From: Candidatus Tepidifontimicrobium thermophilum | GTDB lineage: Bacteria; Sysuimicrobiota; Sysuimicrobiia; Sysuimicrobiales; Sysuimicrobiaceae | Assembly (NCBI GenBank): GCA_031459915.1 | Contig: JAVKHO010000008.1 | Span: 32,001-96,000, forward strand | Direction: 5' to 3' | Length of the DNA: 64,000 nucleotides | In this document: positions 51,427 through 62,667 of the stretch, piece after piece | How positions within the stretch are numbered: the first letter of the stretch is position 1 | Layout: each line of letters opens with the position of its first letter | Notes under the pieces: generated by a model | Databases searched by the model: none | Seen by the model: only the letters and a program-made list of their open reading frames with translations | What the model was told of the DNA's origin: nothing | Translations under genes and position numbers: made by a program

Positions 51427-52511
51427 TGAAGAGCGTGCGGGATCTGCTGGAGGAGCGCGTGGCGCGGCTGGAGCAGCGGTATGAGGAACTGGGCCGGCTG
51501 CTCGGGGACCCGTCCGTCCTGCAGGATCCCGGACGGTACCGGGAGCTGGCCAAGGAGTACGCGGAGCTGGAAGAGGTGACCCAGCGGGCTAGGGCGCTGC
51601 GCCAGGTGGAGGCGGAGCGGGCCCAGGCCGAGGCCCTGCTACAGGACCCCGACCCGGCGCTGCGGGACCTGGCGGCCCAGGAGCTGGAGAGGCTGGACGG
51701 GTTGAGGCAGGCCCTGCGGTCGGAGCTGGAGGATCTGCTGGCACCCAGGGACCCGTACGACGACCGCAACATCTTCCTTGAGATCCGACCCGCCGCGGGC
51801 GGCGAGGAGGCCGCCTTGTTCGCCGGGGACTTGCTCCGGATGTACACCCGGTACGCAGAGCGGCGCGGGTGGAAGGTGGAGGTGCTGGAGCTGAGCCCCT
51901 CGGACCTGGGCGGGGTGAAGTCCGCCACGTTGAGCATCGCGGGCAAGGGGGCGTACAGCCGGTTGAAGTACGAGAGCGGCGTGCACCGGGTCCAGAGGGT
52001 CCCCGCCACCGAGGCCGCGGGCCGCATCCACACCTCCACCGCCACCGTGGCGGTGCTGCCGGAGGCGGAGGAGGTGGAGGTGGAGATCCGGCCGGAGGAG
52101 CTGGAGGTGGACACCTTCCGGGCTGGCGGCGCGGGCGGCCAGAACGTGAACAAGGTGGAGACCGCGGTGCGGATCAAGCACCTCCCCACGGGGATCGTGG
52201 TGACGTGCCAGGACGAGCGGTCCCAGCACCAGAACCGGGAGAAGGCCCTGCGGATCCTGCGGGCGCACCTGCTGGAGCTGCGGCGCCGGGAGCAGCAGGC
52301 GCGCATCGCGGCTACCCGGCGGCAGCAGGTGGGCACCGGGGAGCGCAGCGAGAAGATCCGGACGTACAACTTCCCGCAGAACCGCGTCACCGATCACCGG
52401 ATCGGTCTGACCCTGCACCGCCTGGACGCAGTGCTGGACGGGGAGCTGGACCCCATCCTGGACGCCCTGGTGGCCCACGCCCGCGGCCAGGCGGCTCAGG
52501 CGGCGCGCTGA
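51426..52511 (+). CDS. prfA: Peptide chain release factor 1
   Basis: VQRVPATE (PxT motif), [23 protein letters not shown]. Confidence 0.98.
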   Translation: MKSVRDLLEERVARLEQRYEELGRLLGDPSVLQDPGRYRELAKEYAELEEVTQRARALRQVEAERAQAEALLQDPDPALRDLAAQELERLDGLRQALRSELEDLLAPRDPYDDRNIFLEIRPAAGGEEAALFAGDLLRMYTRYAERRGWKVEVLELSPSDLGGVKSATLSIAGKGAYSRLKYESGVHRVQRVPATEAAGRIHTSTATVAVLPEAEEVEVEIRPEELEVDTFRAGGAGGQNVNKVETAVRIKHLPTGIVVTCQDERSQHQNREKALRILRAHLLELRRREQQARIAATRRQQVGTGERSEKIRTYNFPQNRVTDHRIGLTLHRLDAVLDGELDPILDALVAHARGQAAQAAR

Positions 52512-52520
52512 AGGAAGCGC

Positions 52521-53426
52521 ATGCGGCCAGTTCCTCCCCGGACCGCTTTCTGCAAAAGCGCGGTACCCAGTAGCGTCCGCGAGGCGTACCTGTGGGGCAG
52601 GGAACACCTGAGCGCCTGCGGGGTGGAGGCGGCCGCCCTGGAGGCGGAGGTCCTGCTGCGCTGTGCCCTCGGGGTGACCCGGGCGCAGCTGTACGTGCGG
52701 TGGCCGGCCCCGGTGGAGGAGGGTGCCTGGCGCCGCTACGTGGAGCTGCTGGAGCAGCGCGGGTCCGGGAGGCCGCTGGCGTACCTGGTAGGCGAGCGGG
52801 AGTTCTGCGGGCTGCCGTTCTGGGTGGACGAGCGGGTGCTGGTGCCTCGACCCGAGACGGAGCACCTGGTGGAGGTGGTTCTGGAGGCCACGCGGGACGT
52901 GAAGGATCCCGCGTACGTGGACGTGGGCACGGGTAGCGGCGCGGTGGCCGTGGCGCTGGCGGTCCGTCGGCCGGACGCCACGGTGTACGCCACGGACGTG
53001 TCCCGGGACGCCCTGGCCGTGGCGGAGCGGAACGCAGGACGCCACGGGGTGTCCGGGCGCGTGCAGCTGTTGCACGGGGACGCGCTGGAGCCGTTGCTGC
53101 AGGCTGGCCTGCGGGCGCACGCGGTGGCGGCGAACCCGCCGTACGTGCCTCCCTCCGCGCGCTCGGAGCTGCCCCCGGAGGTGCTGGCCGAGCCGGAGGT
53201 GGCGGTGTTCGCGCCCGGCCCGCGCGGGGTTGAGCTGCACGAGCGGATCGCGGACCAGGCGCGGGCGGTGTTGCGGGAAAGCGGGGTCCTCGCGTTGGAG
53301 GTAGCGGCAAAGTGGGACCAGGCGCGGCAGGTCATGCGGACCCTGGAGCGGATGGGCTACCGGGAGGTGCGGGCGGTGAGGGATCTGGCGGGGCTGGAGC
53401 GCGTGGTGGTGGCGCGGTGGAGGTGA
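52521..53426 (+). CDS. prmC: Release factor glutamine methyltransferase
   Basis: VLVPRPETE, DVGTGSG, NPPY; follows prfA. Confidence 0.95.
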   Translation: MRPVPPRTAFCKSAVPSSVREAYLWGREHLSACGVEAAALEAEVLLRCALGVTRAQLYVRWPAPVEEGAWRRYVELLEQRGSGRPLAYLVGEREFCGLPFWVDERVLVPRPETEHLVEVVLEATRDVKDPAYVDVGTGSGAVAVALAVRRPDATVYATDVSRDALAVAERNAGRHGVSGRVQLLHGDALEPLLQAGLRAHAVAANPPYVPPSARSELPPEVLAEPEVAVFAPGPRGVELHERIADQARAVLRESGVLALEVAAKWDQARQVMRTLERMGYREVRAVRDLAGLERVVVARWR

Positions 53427-53518
53427 GCGATCGCCGGTTGCGGCGCTGGCCCCACGGCCGTACAGTGGGGCCGAGGCCCGCTTCGACCGGCCATCCGTTC
53501 GTGGAGGGACCTGAGCCT

Positions 53519-54190
53519 ATGGTGGAGCTGCTGTTGAACCCCGTAGCGGTGCTGCGTGTGGACGCCGACGCTCCAGTTCCCAGAAGGGCTGTGGAGGCCC
53601 TCCGGGCGGGGGACGTGGTGGTTTACCCCACCGACACCGTGTACGGGCTGGGCTGTGACGCCACCAACCCATCCGCCGTCCGCCGGGTCTTCGAGATCAA
53701 GGGAAGGCCTCCGGACCAGCCCGTGCCCGTGCTGCTCGCGGACGTCCGACAGGCCGATGAGCTCGCGGAGATCCCTGAAGGAGCTCGCAGGCTCATGAAG
53801 CGGTTCTGGCCCGGACCGCTCACGGTCGTGCTGCCGTCCCGGGGTGTGGTGGCGGAGCTGGTCACCGCGGGGACAGGCACCGTGGGCCTGCGGGTGCCGG
53901 ACCACCCCGTGCCGAGGGCACTGGTGAGGGCGTGCGGGTCCCCGCTGGTGGGGACAAGCGCCAACTCTACGGGAAGGCCCGCGCCGGTGACGGTGGCGCA
54001 GGTGCTGTCGGACCTGGACGGCCGTGTGGGCCTGGTGCTGGACGGCGGCCGCTTGGCGGGCCGGCCCTCCACCGTGGTGGACTGCACCGGGGTCCGGCCG
54101 CGGGTGCTGCGGCCCGGCCCCATCCCTGCGGAGGTCGTGGAGCGCGTGTGGGACGCCGGGCAGGTGGAGGTGGTCTCGGCCGCGAAGTAA
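53519..54190 (+). CDS. tsaC: L-threonylcarbamoyladenylate synthase (Sua5/TsaC)
   Basis: YPTDTVYGLG, KGRP, FWPGPLT, TSAN. Confidence 0.93.
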   Translation: MVELLLNPVAVLRVDADAPVPRRAVEALRAGDVVVYPTDTVYGLGCDATNPSAVRRVFEIKGRPPDQPVPVLLADVRQADELAEIPEGARRLMKRFWPGPLTVVLPSRGVVAELVTAGTGTVGLRVPDHPVPRALVRACGSPLVGTSANSTGRPAPVTVAQVLSDLDGRVGLVLDGGRLAGRPSTVVDCTGVRPRVLRPGPIPAEVVERVWDAGQVEVVSAAK

Positions 54191-54200
54191 CGACCCGGCC

Positions 54201-54653
54201 GTGCGCATCGCCATCGCCAGCGACCACGCGGGCTACGCCCTCAAAGAGGAGCTGAAACGGTTCGTCCAGGACCTGGGACACGAGGTCCAGGACTTCGGCA
54301 CCCACACTCCGGACCCCGTGGACTACCCGGACTTCGTGGTCCCCGCGGCGGAAGCGGTGGCGCGGGGGGAATGTGACCTCGGCATCGTGCTGGGCGGCAG
54401 CGGCAACGGGGAGGCCATGGCGGCCAACAAGGTACCGGGCGTGCGGTGCGCGGTGTGCTGGGAGTCCTACACCGCGCGGATGGCGAGGGCCCACAACGAC
54501 GCCAACGTGCTGTCCCTGGGGGCGCGGGTGATCGGGCCGGAGCTGGCCCGGGAGATCGTGCGCACGTGGCTGGAGGCCCGCTACGAGGGCGGCCGGCACG
54601 ACCGGCGGCTCGCGAAGATCCGGGCGGTGGAACGAAAGTACGGGAGGGGGTGA
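54201..54653 (+). CDS. rpiB: Ribose-5-phosphate isomerase B
   Basis: IASDHAG, DYPDF, GSGNGE, HNDANVL, GGRHDRR. Confidence 0.96.
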   Translation: MRIAIASDHAGYALKEELKRFVQDLGHEVQDFGTHTPDPVDYPDFVVPAAEAVARGECDLGIVLGGSGNGEAMAANKVPGVRCAVCWESYTARMARAHNDANVLSLGARVIGPELAREIVRTWLEARYEGGRHDRRLAKIRAVERKYGRG

Positions 54654-54660
54654 ACCTGTC

Positions 54661-55935
<1,275 letters not shown>

Positions 55936-55981
55936 GGAGCGTGGGGGGCTTCGGGCGGGTCAGGCGGAAAGGGGTGCGAGG

Positions 55982-56611
55982 GTGTCCAAGGTCTTCGTGG
56001 TGGATCACCCCCTGATCCAGCACAAGGTGGCGATCCTGCGCGACCGCAACACCCCCCACAAGGAGTTCCGGGAGCTAGTGGAGGAACTCAGCATGCTCCT
56101 GGCCTTCGAGGCTACCCGGGACCTGCGGACGCGGGACGTGGAGGTGGAAACGCCCCTCGCCCGGACCCGGGGGAAGTCCATCGCCGGCTACGAGCTGGCG
56201 GTGGTCCCCATCCTGCGGGCGGGTCTGGGGATGGAGCCGGGCATCACCAAGCTGATGCCCACGGCGCGGGTGGGGCACGTGGGCATCTGGCGGGACCCCG
56301 AGACGTTGGAACCGGTCACCTACTACGTCAAGCTGCCCCCGGACATCGCGGAGCGGGAGGTCATGGTGTTGGACCCCATGCTGGCCACAGGCGGGTCCGC
56401 GGCGGAGTGCGTGCGGCTCATCAAGGAGCGCGGGGCGACGCGGTTCAAGCTCATGTGCCTGATCGCGGCGCCCGAGGGCATCGCGCGGGTACACCGGGAC
56501 CACCCGGACGTGGTCATCTACACCGCGGCGGTGGACGAGCGGCTCAACGACCACGGCTACATCCTCCCGGGCCTGGGGGACGCAGGGGACCGGCTGTTCG
56601 GCACCAGATAG
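55982..56611 (+). CDS. upp: Uracil phosphoribosyltransferase
   Basis: [29 protein letters not shown]. Confidence 0.98.
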   Translation: MSKVFVVDHPLIQHKVAILRDRNTPHKEFRELVEELSMLLAFEATRDLRTRDVEVETPLARTRGKSIAGYELAVVPILRAGLGMEPGITKLMPTARVGHVGIWRDPETLEPVTYYVKLPPDIAEREVMVLDPMLATGGSAAECVRLIKERGATRFKLMCLIAAPEGIARVHRDHPDVVIYTAAVDERLNDHGYILPGLGDAGDRLFGTR

Positions 56612-56612
56612 G

Positions 56613-57092
56613 GTGGAGCGGCCCGGCTGGGACGAGTACTTCATGAGCATGGCGGCTTTGGCCGCCACGCGGTCCACCTGTACCCGGCGGCGCGTGGGTG
56701 CCGTGGTGGTGAAGGACCGCATGGTGCTGTCCACCGGGTACAACGACACCCCGAGGGGACTCCGGAACTGCGGCGACGGTGGCTGCGCGCGCTGTGCGGG
56801 GGCTACTCCGCCGGGGACCGGCCACGACACGTGCCTGTGTATCCACGCCGAGCAGAACGCCATCATCCAGGCGGCCTACCACGGGGTGGCCATCGCGGGG
56901 GCCACGCTGTACTCCACCTACCAGCCGTGCCTGGTGTGCGCGAAGATGATCGTGAACGCGGGGATCCGCCGGGTGGTGTACGCGGGCGACTATCCGGACC
57001 CCATGGCAGCCCGGCTCCTGCAGGAGGCGGGCGTGGAGCTCGTGCGGTACACGGGTCCCTTGCAGGCCCTGGCGCCGGCCGCCTTCCCCTGA
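56613..57092 (+). CDS. dCMP deaminase family protein
   Basis: RPGWDEYFM, HAEQNA, PCLVCAK. Confidence 0.93.
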   Translation: MERPGWDEYFMSMAALAATRSTCTRRRVGAVVVKDRMVLSTGYNDTPRGLRNCGDGGCARCAGATPPGTGHDTCLCIHAEQNAIIQAAYHGVAIAGATLYSTYQPCLVCAKMIVNAGIRRVVYAGDYPDPMAARLLQEAGVELVRYTGPLQALAPAAFP

Positions 57093-57093
57093 G

Positions 57094-57765
57094 ATGGCGG
57101 CCCGGATCCTAGTGGTGGACGACGAGCCGCCCCTGGTCGACGCCATCCGGTTCGCCCTCCAGCGGGAGGGCCACGAGGTGGCGGAGGCCCTGGACGGCCT
57201 GCGGGCCCTGGAGCTGGCCCGGTCCGAGCGGTTCGACCTGATCCTACTGGACGTCATGCTGCCGGGCATGAGCGGGTTCGAGCTGTGCCGGATCCTGCGG
57301 CAGGACAGCGACGTCCCCATCGTGCTGCTCACCGCCCGGTCGGACGAGACCGACCGCGTGGTGGGGTTGGACCTCGGTGCGGACGACTACGTCACCAAGC
57401 CTTTCTCCATGCGGGAGCTCATGGCCCGGGTGCGGGCGGCCCTGCGTCGGCGGGGGATCCAGCAGACAGCTCCTCTGTCGGTGGGCGACCTGGTGTTGGA
57501 CCCCGCGCGCCACGAGGTGCGTTGCGGCGGCCGGTCCTTGCCCCTGAGCCCCAAGGAGTACGACCTGCTGGAGGTCCTGTTGCGAAACGCACGGCGGGTC
57601 CTCAGCCGCGGCCAGCTGCTGGAGCGGGTGTGGGGCTACGACTATGAGGGGGACGAGCGCACCGTGGACGTGCACGTCTCGTGGCTTCGGCGCAAGCTGC
57701 GGGAGGCGGGCTCCGCGGTGCGCATCGAGACCGTGCGCGGAGTTGGGTACCGTCTGGAACCCTGA
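57094..57765 (+). CDS. OmpR/PhoB family response regulator
   Basis: ILVVDDE, LLDVMLP, DDYVTKPF, RTVDVH, TVRGVGY. Confidence 0.96.
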   Translation: MAARILVVDDEPPLVDAIRFALQREGHEVAEALDGLRALELARSERFDLILLDVMLPGMSGFELCRILRQDSDVPIVLLTARSDETDRVVGLDLGADDYVTKPFSMRELMARVRAALRRRGIQQTAPLSVGDLVLDPARHEVRCGGRSLPLSPKEYDLLEVLLRNARRVLSRGQLLERVWGYDYEGDERTVDVHVSWLRRKLREAGSAVRIETVRGVGYRLEP

Positions 57766-57792
57766 TCCGCCCTGTACAGGGCACCCAGCATC

Positions 57793-59094
57793 GTGAGTCC
57801 CCGGACATGGTGGGTTCTGGCGGCGGTGGCCGGTGCCGCGGCCGCGTGGGCTTGGGCCGCGGCGGACCGGTGGGCTGCGGCCTTCGGGTGGCTGGCCTGC
57901 GTCGCATTCCTGGTGGCGGGCTGGCGGGAGTGGTCCTGGCGGCGGGCCGTTCGGGCTGTCGCGCAGGGACTCCGCGACCCGCGCGCCTTGGAGCGGGAGG
58001 GGGCTTCTGGCCGGGAGCTGGCCGCGGCGGTGGAGTCCGTGCTGCGGGAGGTGCGGGAGGACCTGCAACGGGCCCGGGCCCGGGGGAGCCACCTCCGGGA
58101 GCTGGTGGAGGCGCTCCCGTGGGGTCTCGTGGAGCTGGACCACCGGCGGCGGGCGGTGTGGGTGAACCGTCCCGCGGCGGCCCTGCTGGGCGTCCAGCGC
58201 GAGCAGGCGGCGGACACGTCCGCGGTGGCGCTCTTTCGACGCCACGAGGTGGACGAACTACTGGACCGTGCAGAGCGGGCCGGCGAGGCGGTGCGGGACC
58301 TGGAGCTGGGCGGCGTGCTGCAGGTGGTGGCCCGTCGGCTGGCCTCAGGCGGGTTCTTGCTCCTGGTGCAGGACGTGACCCAGGATCGTCGGGCGGAGGC
58401 GGTGCGGCGCGACTTCGTGGCCAACGTCTCCCACGAGCTGCGCACCCCCCTTGCGTCGGTGCGGGCCATGGCGGAGGCGCTGCGGGACGGCGCACTGGAA
58501 GACCCACAGCTGGCGGCCCGGTTCCTCGCTCAGATGCTCCAGGAGGTGGACCGTATGAGCCGGCTGGTGAACGACCTGCTGGACCTGTCCGCCCTGGAGG
58601 CCGGGGTGGTGCGCCTGCGGTGGGAGGACCTCGAGGCGGAGGAACTGCTGGAGGCGGTGGCGCGGCGGTACGCGGCCGCAGCCGAGCGGAAGGGAGTGGC
58701 CCTGGTGGTCCAGCCCGGAAAGGCGCGGGTCCGGGGCGACCGGGATCGGCTGGAGCAGGCCCTTGGGAACCTGGTGGACAACGCGGTCAAGTACACACCG
58801 TCTGGCGGCCAGGTGGTGCTCAAGGTAGAGCTACGCGACGGGGAGGTGTCTCTGGTGGCGGAGGACACGGGCCCAGGGATCCCTCCAGAGCACCTCCCCC
58901 GGGTGTTCGAGCGCTTCTACCGCGCCGACCCTTCCCGCAGCCGGGCGGAGGGAGGGACAGGGCTGGGGCTGGCCATCACCAAGCACATCGCCCTGGCTCA
59001 CGGGGGCCGGGTGGAGGCGGCCAACCGCCCGACCGGCGGCGCCCGGCTGGCGGTGGTCCTGCCTGCGGCCGGCGGCGGAACGCGGGAACGGTAG
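57793..59094 (+). CDS. PhoR-like sensor histidine kinase (PAS + HisKA + HATPase)
   Basis: FVANVSHELRTPL, NLVDNAVKY, DTGPGI, GTGLGL. Confidence 0.95.
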   Translation: MSPRTWWVLAAVAGAAAAWAWAAADRWAAAFGWLACVAFLVAGWREWSWRRAVRAVAQGLRDPRALEREGASGRELAAAVESVLREVREDLQRARARGSHLRELVEALPWGLVELDHRRRAVWVNRPAAALLGVQREQAADTSAVALFRRHEVDELLDRAERAGEAVRDLELGGVLQVVARRLASGGFLLLVQDVTQDRRAEAVRRDFVANVSHELRTPLASVRAMAEALRDGALEDPQLAARFLAQMLQEVDRMSRLVNDLLDLSALEAGVVRLRWEDLEAEELLEAVARRYAAAAERKGVALVVQPGKARVRGDRDRLEQALGNLVDNAVKYTPSGGQVVLKVELRDGEVSLVAEDTGPGIPPEHLPRVFERFYRADPSRSRAEGGTGLGLAITKHIALAHGGRVEAANRPTGGARLAVVLPAAGGGTRER

Positions 59095-59099
59095 CCGGC

Positions 59100-60716
59100 T
59101 CAGCCAGACCGCGCACCCACGCCCGATACGGCACCAGTCCCGAAGACCCGCTGGTAGACGTCCTCCGCGTGGCTGGTGGGTAGCGGCTCCGCCTCCACCA
59201 TGCGGTACGTGCGCCGGCCCTGGGCGTCCCGCTCCGCCCGCAGGAACAGCACGGAGCCGGATCGCCGGGCGCGGAAGCGATCCGCCAGTTCGAAGAAGTG
59301 AGTAACGAAGAACACGCGGACCCCCGCTTCCGTCAACGCGTCCAGAACCTGGCAGGCGATCTCCGACCCCTCGCGCTCGTGGGTGGCGGAGAAGGACTCG
59401 TTGCACAGGAACACCGAGCGCGCGGTGGCGAGGTCCACGAGGGTTCGCATGCGACGGAGTTCCTCCACGAACTTGCCGGACTCCAGGCGCGGGTCCTCCT
59501 CCCGCTTGAAGTGGGTCAGCACCCCGTCACAGACGCTTACGGCGAAGGACTGGGCGGGCACGAACAGGCCCGCCTGCGCCATCAGCCAGGCGATCCCCAC
59601 GCTCCGGAGGAAGGTGGTCTTGCCCCCGGAGTTGGGCCCGGTGATCAGGACGAGGCGCTTGCCGTTCGCCTCGAGGTCGTTGGGGACGACAGTTCGGTCG
59701 GTTGCCAGGGCCAGCACGGGGTCGTAGAGGCCTCGGGCGGAAAGGTTGTAGCCTGCGGGATGCACGGAGGGCAGGCAGGTGGGGAATCCGCGCCGGCGAA
59801 GCTGAGTGTGCAGCCGCAGACCGCCCACGTAGAAGGCGAGTTCGGCGCGCAGGCAGGAGAAGAAGTCCCGGACGTGGTCGGCGGCCTGGCCCACGGCCGT
59901 GGCTGCTGAGGCCAGAGCCCGGTCCCGCAGGGCCTCCAGGGCCTTGACACCCGCCTCATCGCGAGGAGACAGCTCGAAGGTGTAGGCATCCTGGCCCCGA
60001 CGGAACCACGCCTTCCACCGCTCCAGCCAGCTCCGGGGGCCCTCCGGAGGCGGGTGCAGGAGGAGGTCGGTGGGCTTGTTGGCAGGCCCAAGACGCGCGC
60101 TCCAAAGGTGGCCGTGTGGTAGCCTCAGAGCGTCCAGGTGGTGTTGCATCTCACCGAGATAGGAGTCCTCCAGGTCACGGTGCAGCGCTGCGAACAAGCG
60201 CCTCCAGCCCTCGCTGTGGAAGCGAGGCGCGTGGCGATCCGCGGCGGACTTCAGCCGGCGGAGGGAGCCCAGCAGCGCCGCGAGAGTCCCGACGGACTCG
60301 CGCAGCACCCAGTCGGGGTAGCGGGCGAGGACGCCCAGATACCGGCCTTTGAGTTTGTCTGCGGCCTCCAGACTGACCCCATACAGCTCCAGAACAGCGT
60401 CCGGGTTGTCCAGACAGTCTGCCAGTACGGCCTGTCGGTGGGCCACCACAGCAGGGTCTGCGGACGTGCCCTCCAGCAGGAGCCTCCGGCTGACCTCGAA
60501 GACCAGGTCGTCCTCCCCGGCCATGGCCTCCAGGAGGGGTAACAGCCCCAGGTCCTGGACTAGGTCGTCCACGTTTGGGGGAAGTCCCGCGGAAGGATCG
60601 AAGCCTGGGGGAGGGGCAGTGTGGTGGCCGGCCCGCAGGCCCGCTCGGACCGTGGCGGCCTGCAGGGCCCAGCGCCAGTCGAAATCCCGGTCGGGGTACA
60701 GTAGGCGCGGGGTCAT
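59100..60716 (-). CDS. Short MutS-family ATPase B (domain V, no mismatch-recognition or Smr domain; MutS4-like)
   Basis: GLYDPVL, ITGPNSGGKTTFLRSVG, AQAGLFVPA, SGKFVEEL, FLCNESFSAT, FVTH. Confidence 0.88.
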   Translation of the reverse strand: MTPRLLYPDRDFDWRWALQAATVRAGLRAGHHTAPPPGFDPSAGLPPNVDDLVQDLGLLPLLEAMAGEDDLVFEVSRRLLLEGTSADPAVVAHRQAVLADCLDNPDAVLELYGVSLEAADKLKGRYLGVLARYPDWVLRESVGTLAALLGSLRRLKSAADRHAPRFHSEGWRRLFAALHRDLEDSYLGEMQHHLDALRLPHGHLWSARLGPANKPTDLLLHPPPEGPRSWLERWKAWFRRGQDAYTFELSPRDEAGVKALEALRDRALASAATAVGQAADHVRDFFSCLRAELAFYVGGLRLHTQLRRRGFPTCLPSVHPAGYNLSARGLYDPVLALATDRTVVPNDLEANGKRLVLITGPNSGGKTTFLRSVGIAWLMAQAGLFVPAQSFAVSVCDGVLTHFKREEDPRLESGKFVEELRRMRTLVDLATARSVFLCNESFSATHEREGSEIACQVLDALTEAGVRVFFVTHFFELADRFRARRSGSVLFLRAERDAQGRRTYRMVEAEPLPTSHAEDVYQRVFGTGAVSGVGARSG

Positions 60717-62245
60717 GGGACGAAGCGCTGGCGGACGTCGTGGTACGTGAGTCGGTACCTCTGGGCCAGGGCCTCCGCGTACGCGCGCCCGTCCGCTGGA
60801 CGACGCAGCACGCGGAAGGTGCGCCCTTCGGGCTGGCCTGGCGGCACCGTGGCTACCAGGCTCACGGTCTTCTCGTTCAGGGAAGCCAGCTCATCGAGGA
60901 ACGTCACCCACACGCACAGGCCGCCAATCTCCAAGAGCCGGCCCAGCAGCCGTCGGCTCAGGGTGCGGGCGTCGCGGAGGGCGGTGGAGGAGAGGATCTC
61001 GTTGACGATCACCACACTTTTGGGGGTCGCAACCTGGAGGATCTCACGGATCCTCAGAAGGTCGTCTTCCAGTTTGCCGTGCAGGTCCAGCGTGTACTCT
61101 CCGCGGGGAAAGTGGGTGAGGACGTGGTCCGGCACCGGAAGGGCGGCCTGCCGGCCAGGGACCGGGCAACCGAGCGAAGCCAGGTAGAAGACCTGACCCA
61201 CCGCGCGGGCGAAGGTAGTCTTTCCGCCCTGGTTGGGACCGGTGACCACCAGGGCCCGCTCCGGAGAACGGAAGAGGAAGTCGTTGAGGACCGGCACCCG
61301 GCCGTGCGCCACCAGCTTCGCGGCCAGTGCGAGGTCGAAGCAGCCCTGGGCGAAGGCTTCTGAATTGTCCGCGCGCAGGGTGGGCAAGCAGAAGGGCAGG
61401 CCTGCCGCCTCGAGGGGAGCGAGGAAGTCTAGGTAGCCCAGGTAGAACTGGGCCTCCCGGTCGAAGGCGTCGATCCAACGTGCCGGCAGTCCCCCGCACG
61501 TTCTCCGGAAGTCCGCCACCCGAAAGAACAGGTCCGGGTTCAGGCGGGAAACCCCTTCCAGGATCTGCGCTTCCACGTGGTTCAGCTCCGCGGAGTGCCG
61601 GAACTCGAAGGCGTACGGGGTGCCGTGGGCCTGTCGGAAACGCTCGAAGGTGGACCGCACCACTTCCGCGTAGTCGGGCTCCCCCCGGTAGGGGCGGACG
61701 GTGACCCTCAGGCCCTGGACGAGCACCGCAAAGCGCAGGGACGATAGCTCCGCCTGCAGGCTCTCGGCGGCCTCCGCGAGGCTGCGGAATGCGGGGGAAG
61801 CGGCGTACGCGGCCAGCAGGTCGCGGAAGCGCACGAGCCCACGGCTGTGGAGCGGACAGGAGGACAGGCCCTCCAACAGCGCGAGGACTGCCTGCACGTA
61901 GAGGTGGGCCGCGTCAAGGAACCAGCGGTCTTTCTCCAGCGTGGAGTATGCCTTGTCCGCACGGCGCAGGTGGGCCCGCACCGCGCGGAGGGCCGAAGCG
62001 AAGGCACGGACCGCGTCCGACACTCGGGGCTCCCGGAAATCGCGGAAGACCTCCTGGCGGAAGGAGACCGTGTCGCTGTCCCGCAGCGGGGTGTAGAAGA
62101 CGGGTTCCAGGCCGTACTCCCCCCGGTCCGCCACGATGGCCTCCACCACCCGGTCCAGCTCTAAGTCCCGCAGGCATGCGGGCGGTCGTTCCCGGAGCGC
62201 CGGAGGTTGGCCTGAAGGAAAAAGGAGGCTCGAAACCTCGTCCAT
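60713..62245 (-). CDS. Short MutS-family ATPase A (domain V; MutS4-like)
   Basis: VTGPNQGGKTTFAR, LGCPVP, GKLEDDL, VIVNEILSST, WVTF; its stop overlaps the start of partner B (ATGA). Confidence 0.88.
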   Translation of the reverse strand: MDEVSSLLFPSGQPPALRERPPACLRDLELDRVVEAIVADRGEYGLEPVFYTPLRDSDTVSFRQEVFRDFREPRVSDAVRAFASALRAVRAHLRRADKAYSTLEKDRWFLDAAHLYVQAVLALLEGLSSCPLHSRGLVRFRDLLAAYAASPAFRSLAEAAESLQAELSSLRFAVLVQGLRVTVRPYRGEPDYAEVVRSTFERFRQAHGTPYAFEFRHSAELNHVEAQILEGVSRLNPDLFFRVADFRRTCGGLPARWIDAFDREAQFYLGYLDFLAPLEAAGLPFCLPTLRADNSEAFAQGCFDLALAAKLVAHGRVPVLNDFLFRSPERALVVTGPNQGGKTTFARAVGQVFYLASLGCPVPGRQAALPVPDHVLTHFPRGEYTLDLHGKLEDDLLRIREILQVATPKSVVIVNEILSSTALRDARTLSRRLLGRLLEIGGLCVWVTFLDELASLNEKTVSLVATVPPGQPEGRTFRVLRRPADGRAYAEALAQRYRLTYHDVRQRFVP

Positions 62246-62667
62246 CAGTGGACCACCATCACGGGGCAGTGGGCGTACCGGAGCACGCGCTCGGAGACCG
62301 AGCCCAGCATCCAGCGCTGCACAGGCGTGAGCCCGCGTCGGCCCAGGACGATGAGGTCGAAGGCTTCTTCACGGGCCACCCGTACCAGGACCTCTGCGGG
62401 GTGGCCCACCTCGGTGCGCAGGGTCACCGGAACCCCCGCCTTGCGGGCCTGGTCCCGGGCCCAGCGGAAGGCCTCCGCCAACGGTCCACGGGACTGAGCC
62501 ACGGCTGCGTCCACCTCGCCCTGCAGCTCCGCGAACTCCGGCGGACGCACTACCGCCAGCGCGACCACGTCCGCGCGGTACCGGCTGGCCAGGTCCAGAG
62601 CGGCCAGCAGCGCCTTTCGGGCTGCCGGGGATCCGTCGTAGCCGACCAGTACGCGCCGGAACATCAT
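62245..62667 (-). CDS. Universal stress protein
   Basis: VLVGYDGSPAA, GHPAEVL, DLIVLGRRG, LGSVSERVLRYAHCPVMVV. Confidence 0.95.
   Translation of the reverse strand: MMFRRVLVGYDGSPAARKALLAALDLASRYRADVVALAVVRPPEFAELQGEVDAAVAQSRGPLAEAFRWARDQARKAGVPVTLRTEVGHPAEVLVRVAREEAFDLIVLGRRGLTPVQRWMLGSVSERVLRYAHCPVMVVH

Noticed and set aside
59100..62245. Calling the pair canonical mismatch-repair mutS or mutS2, or one split pseudogene
   Set aside because: Each ORF has its own complete ATPase domain, both lack domain I and Smr, and no mutL is nearby
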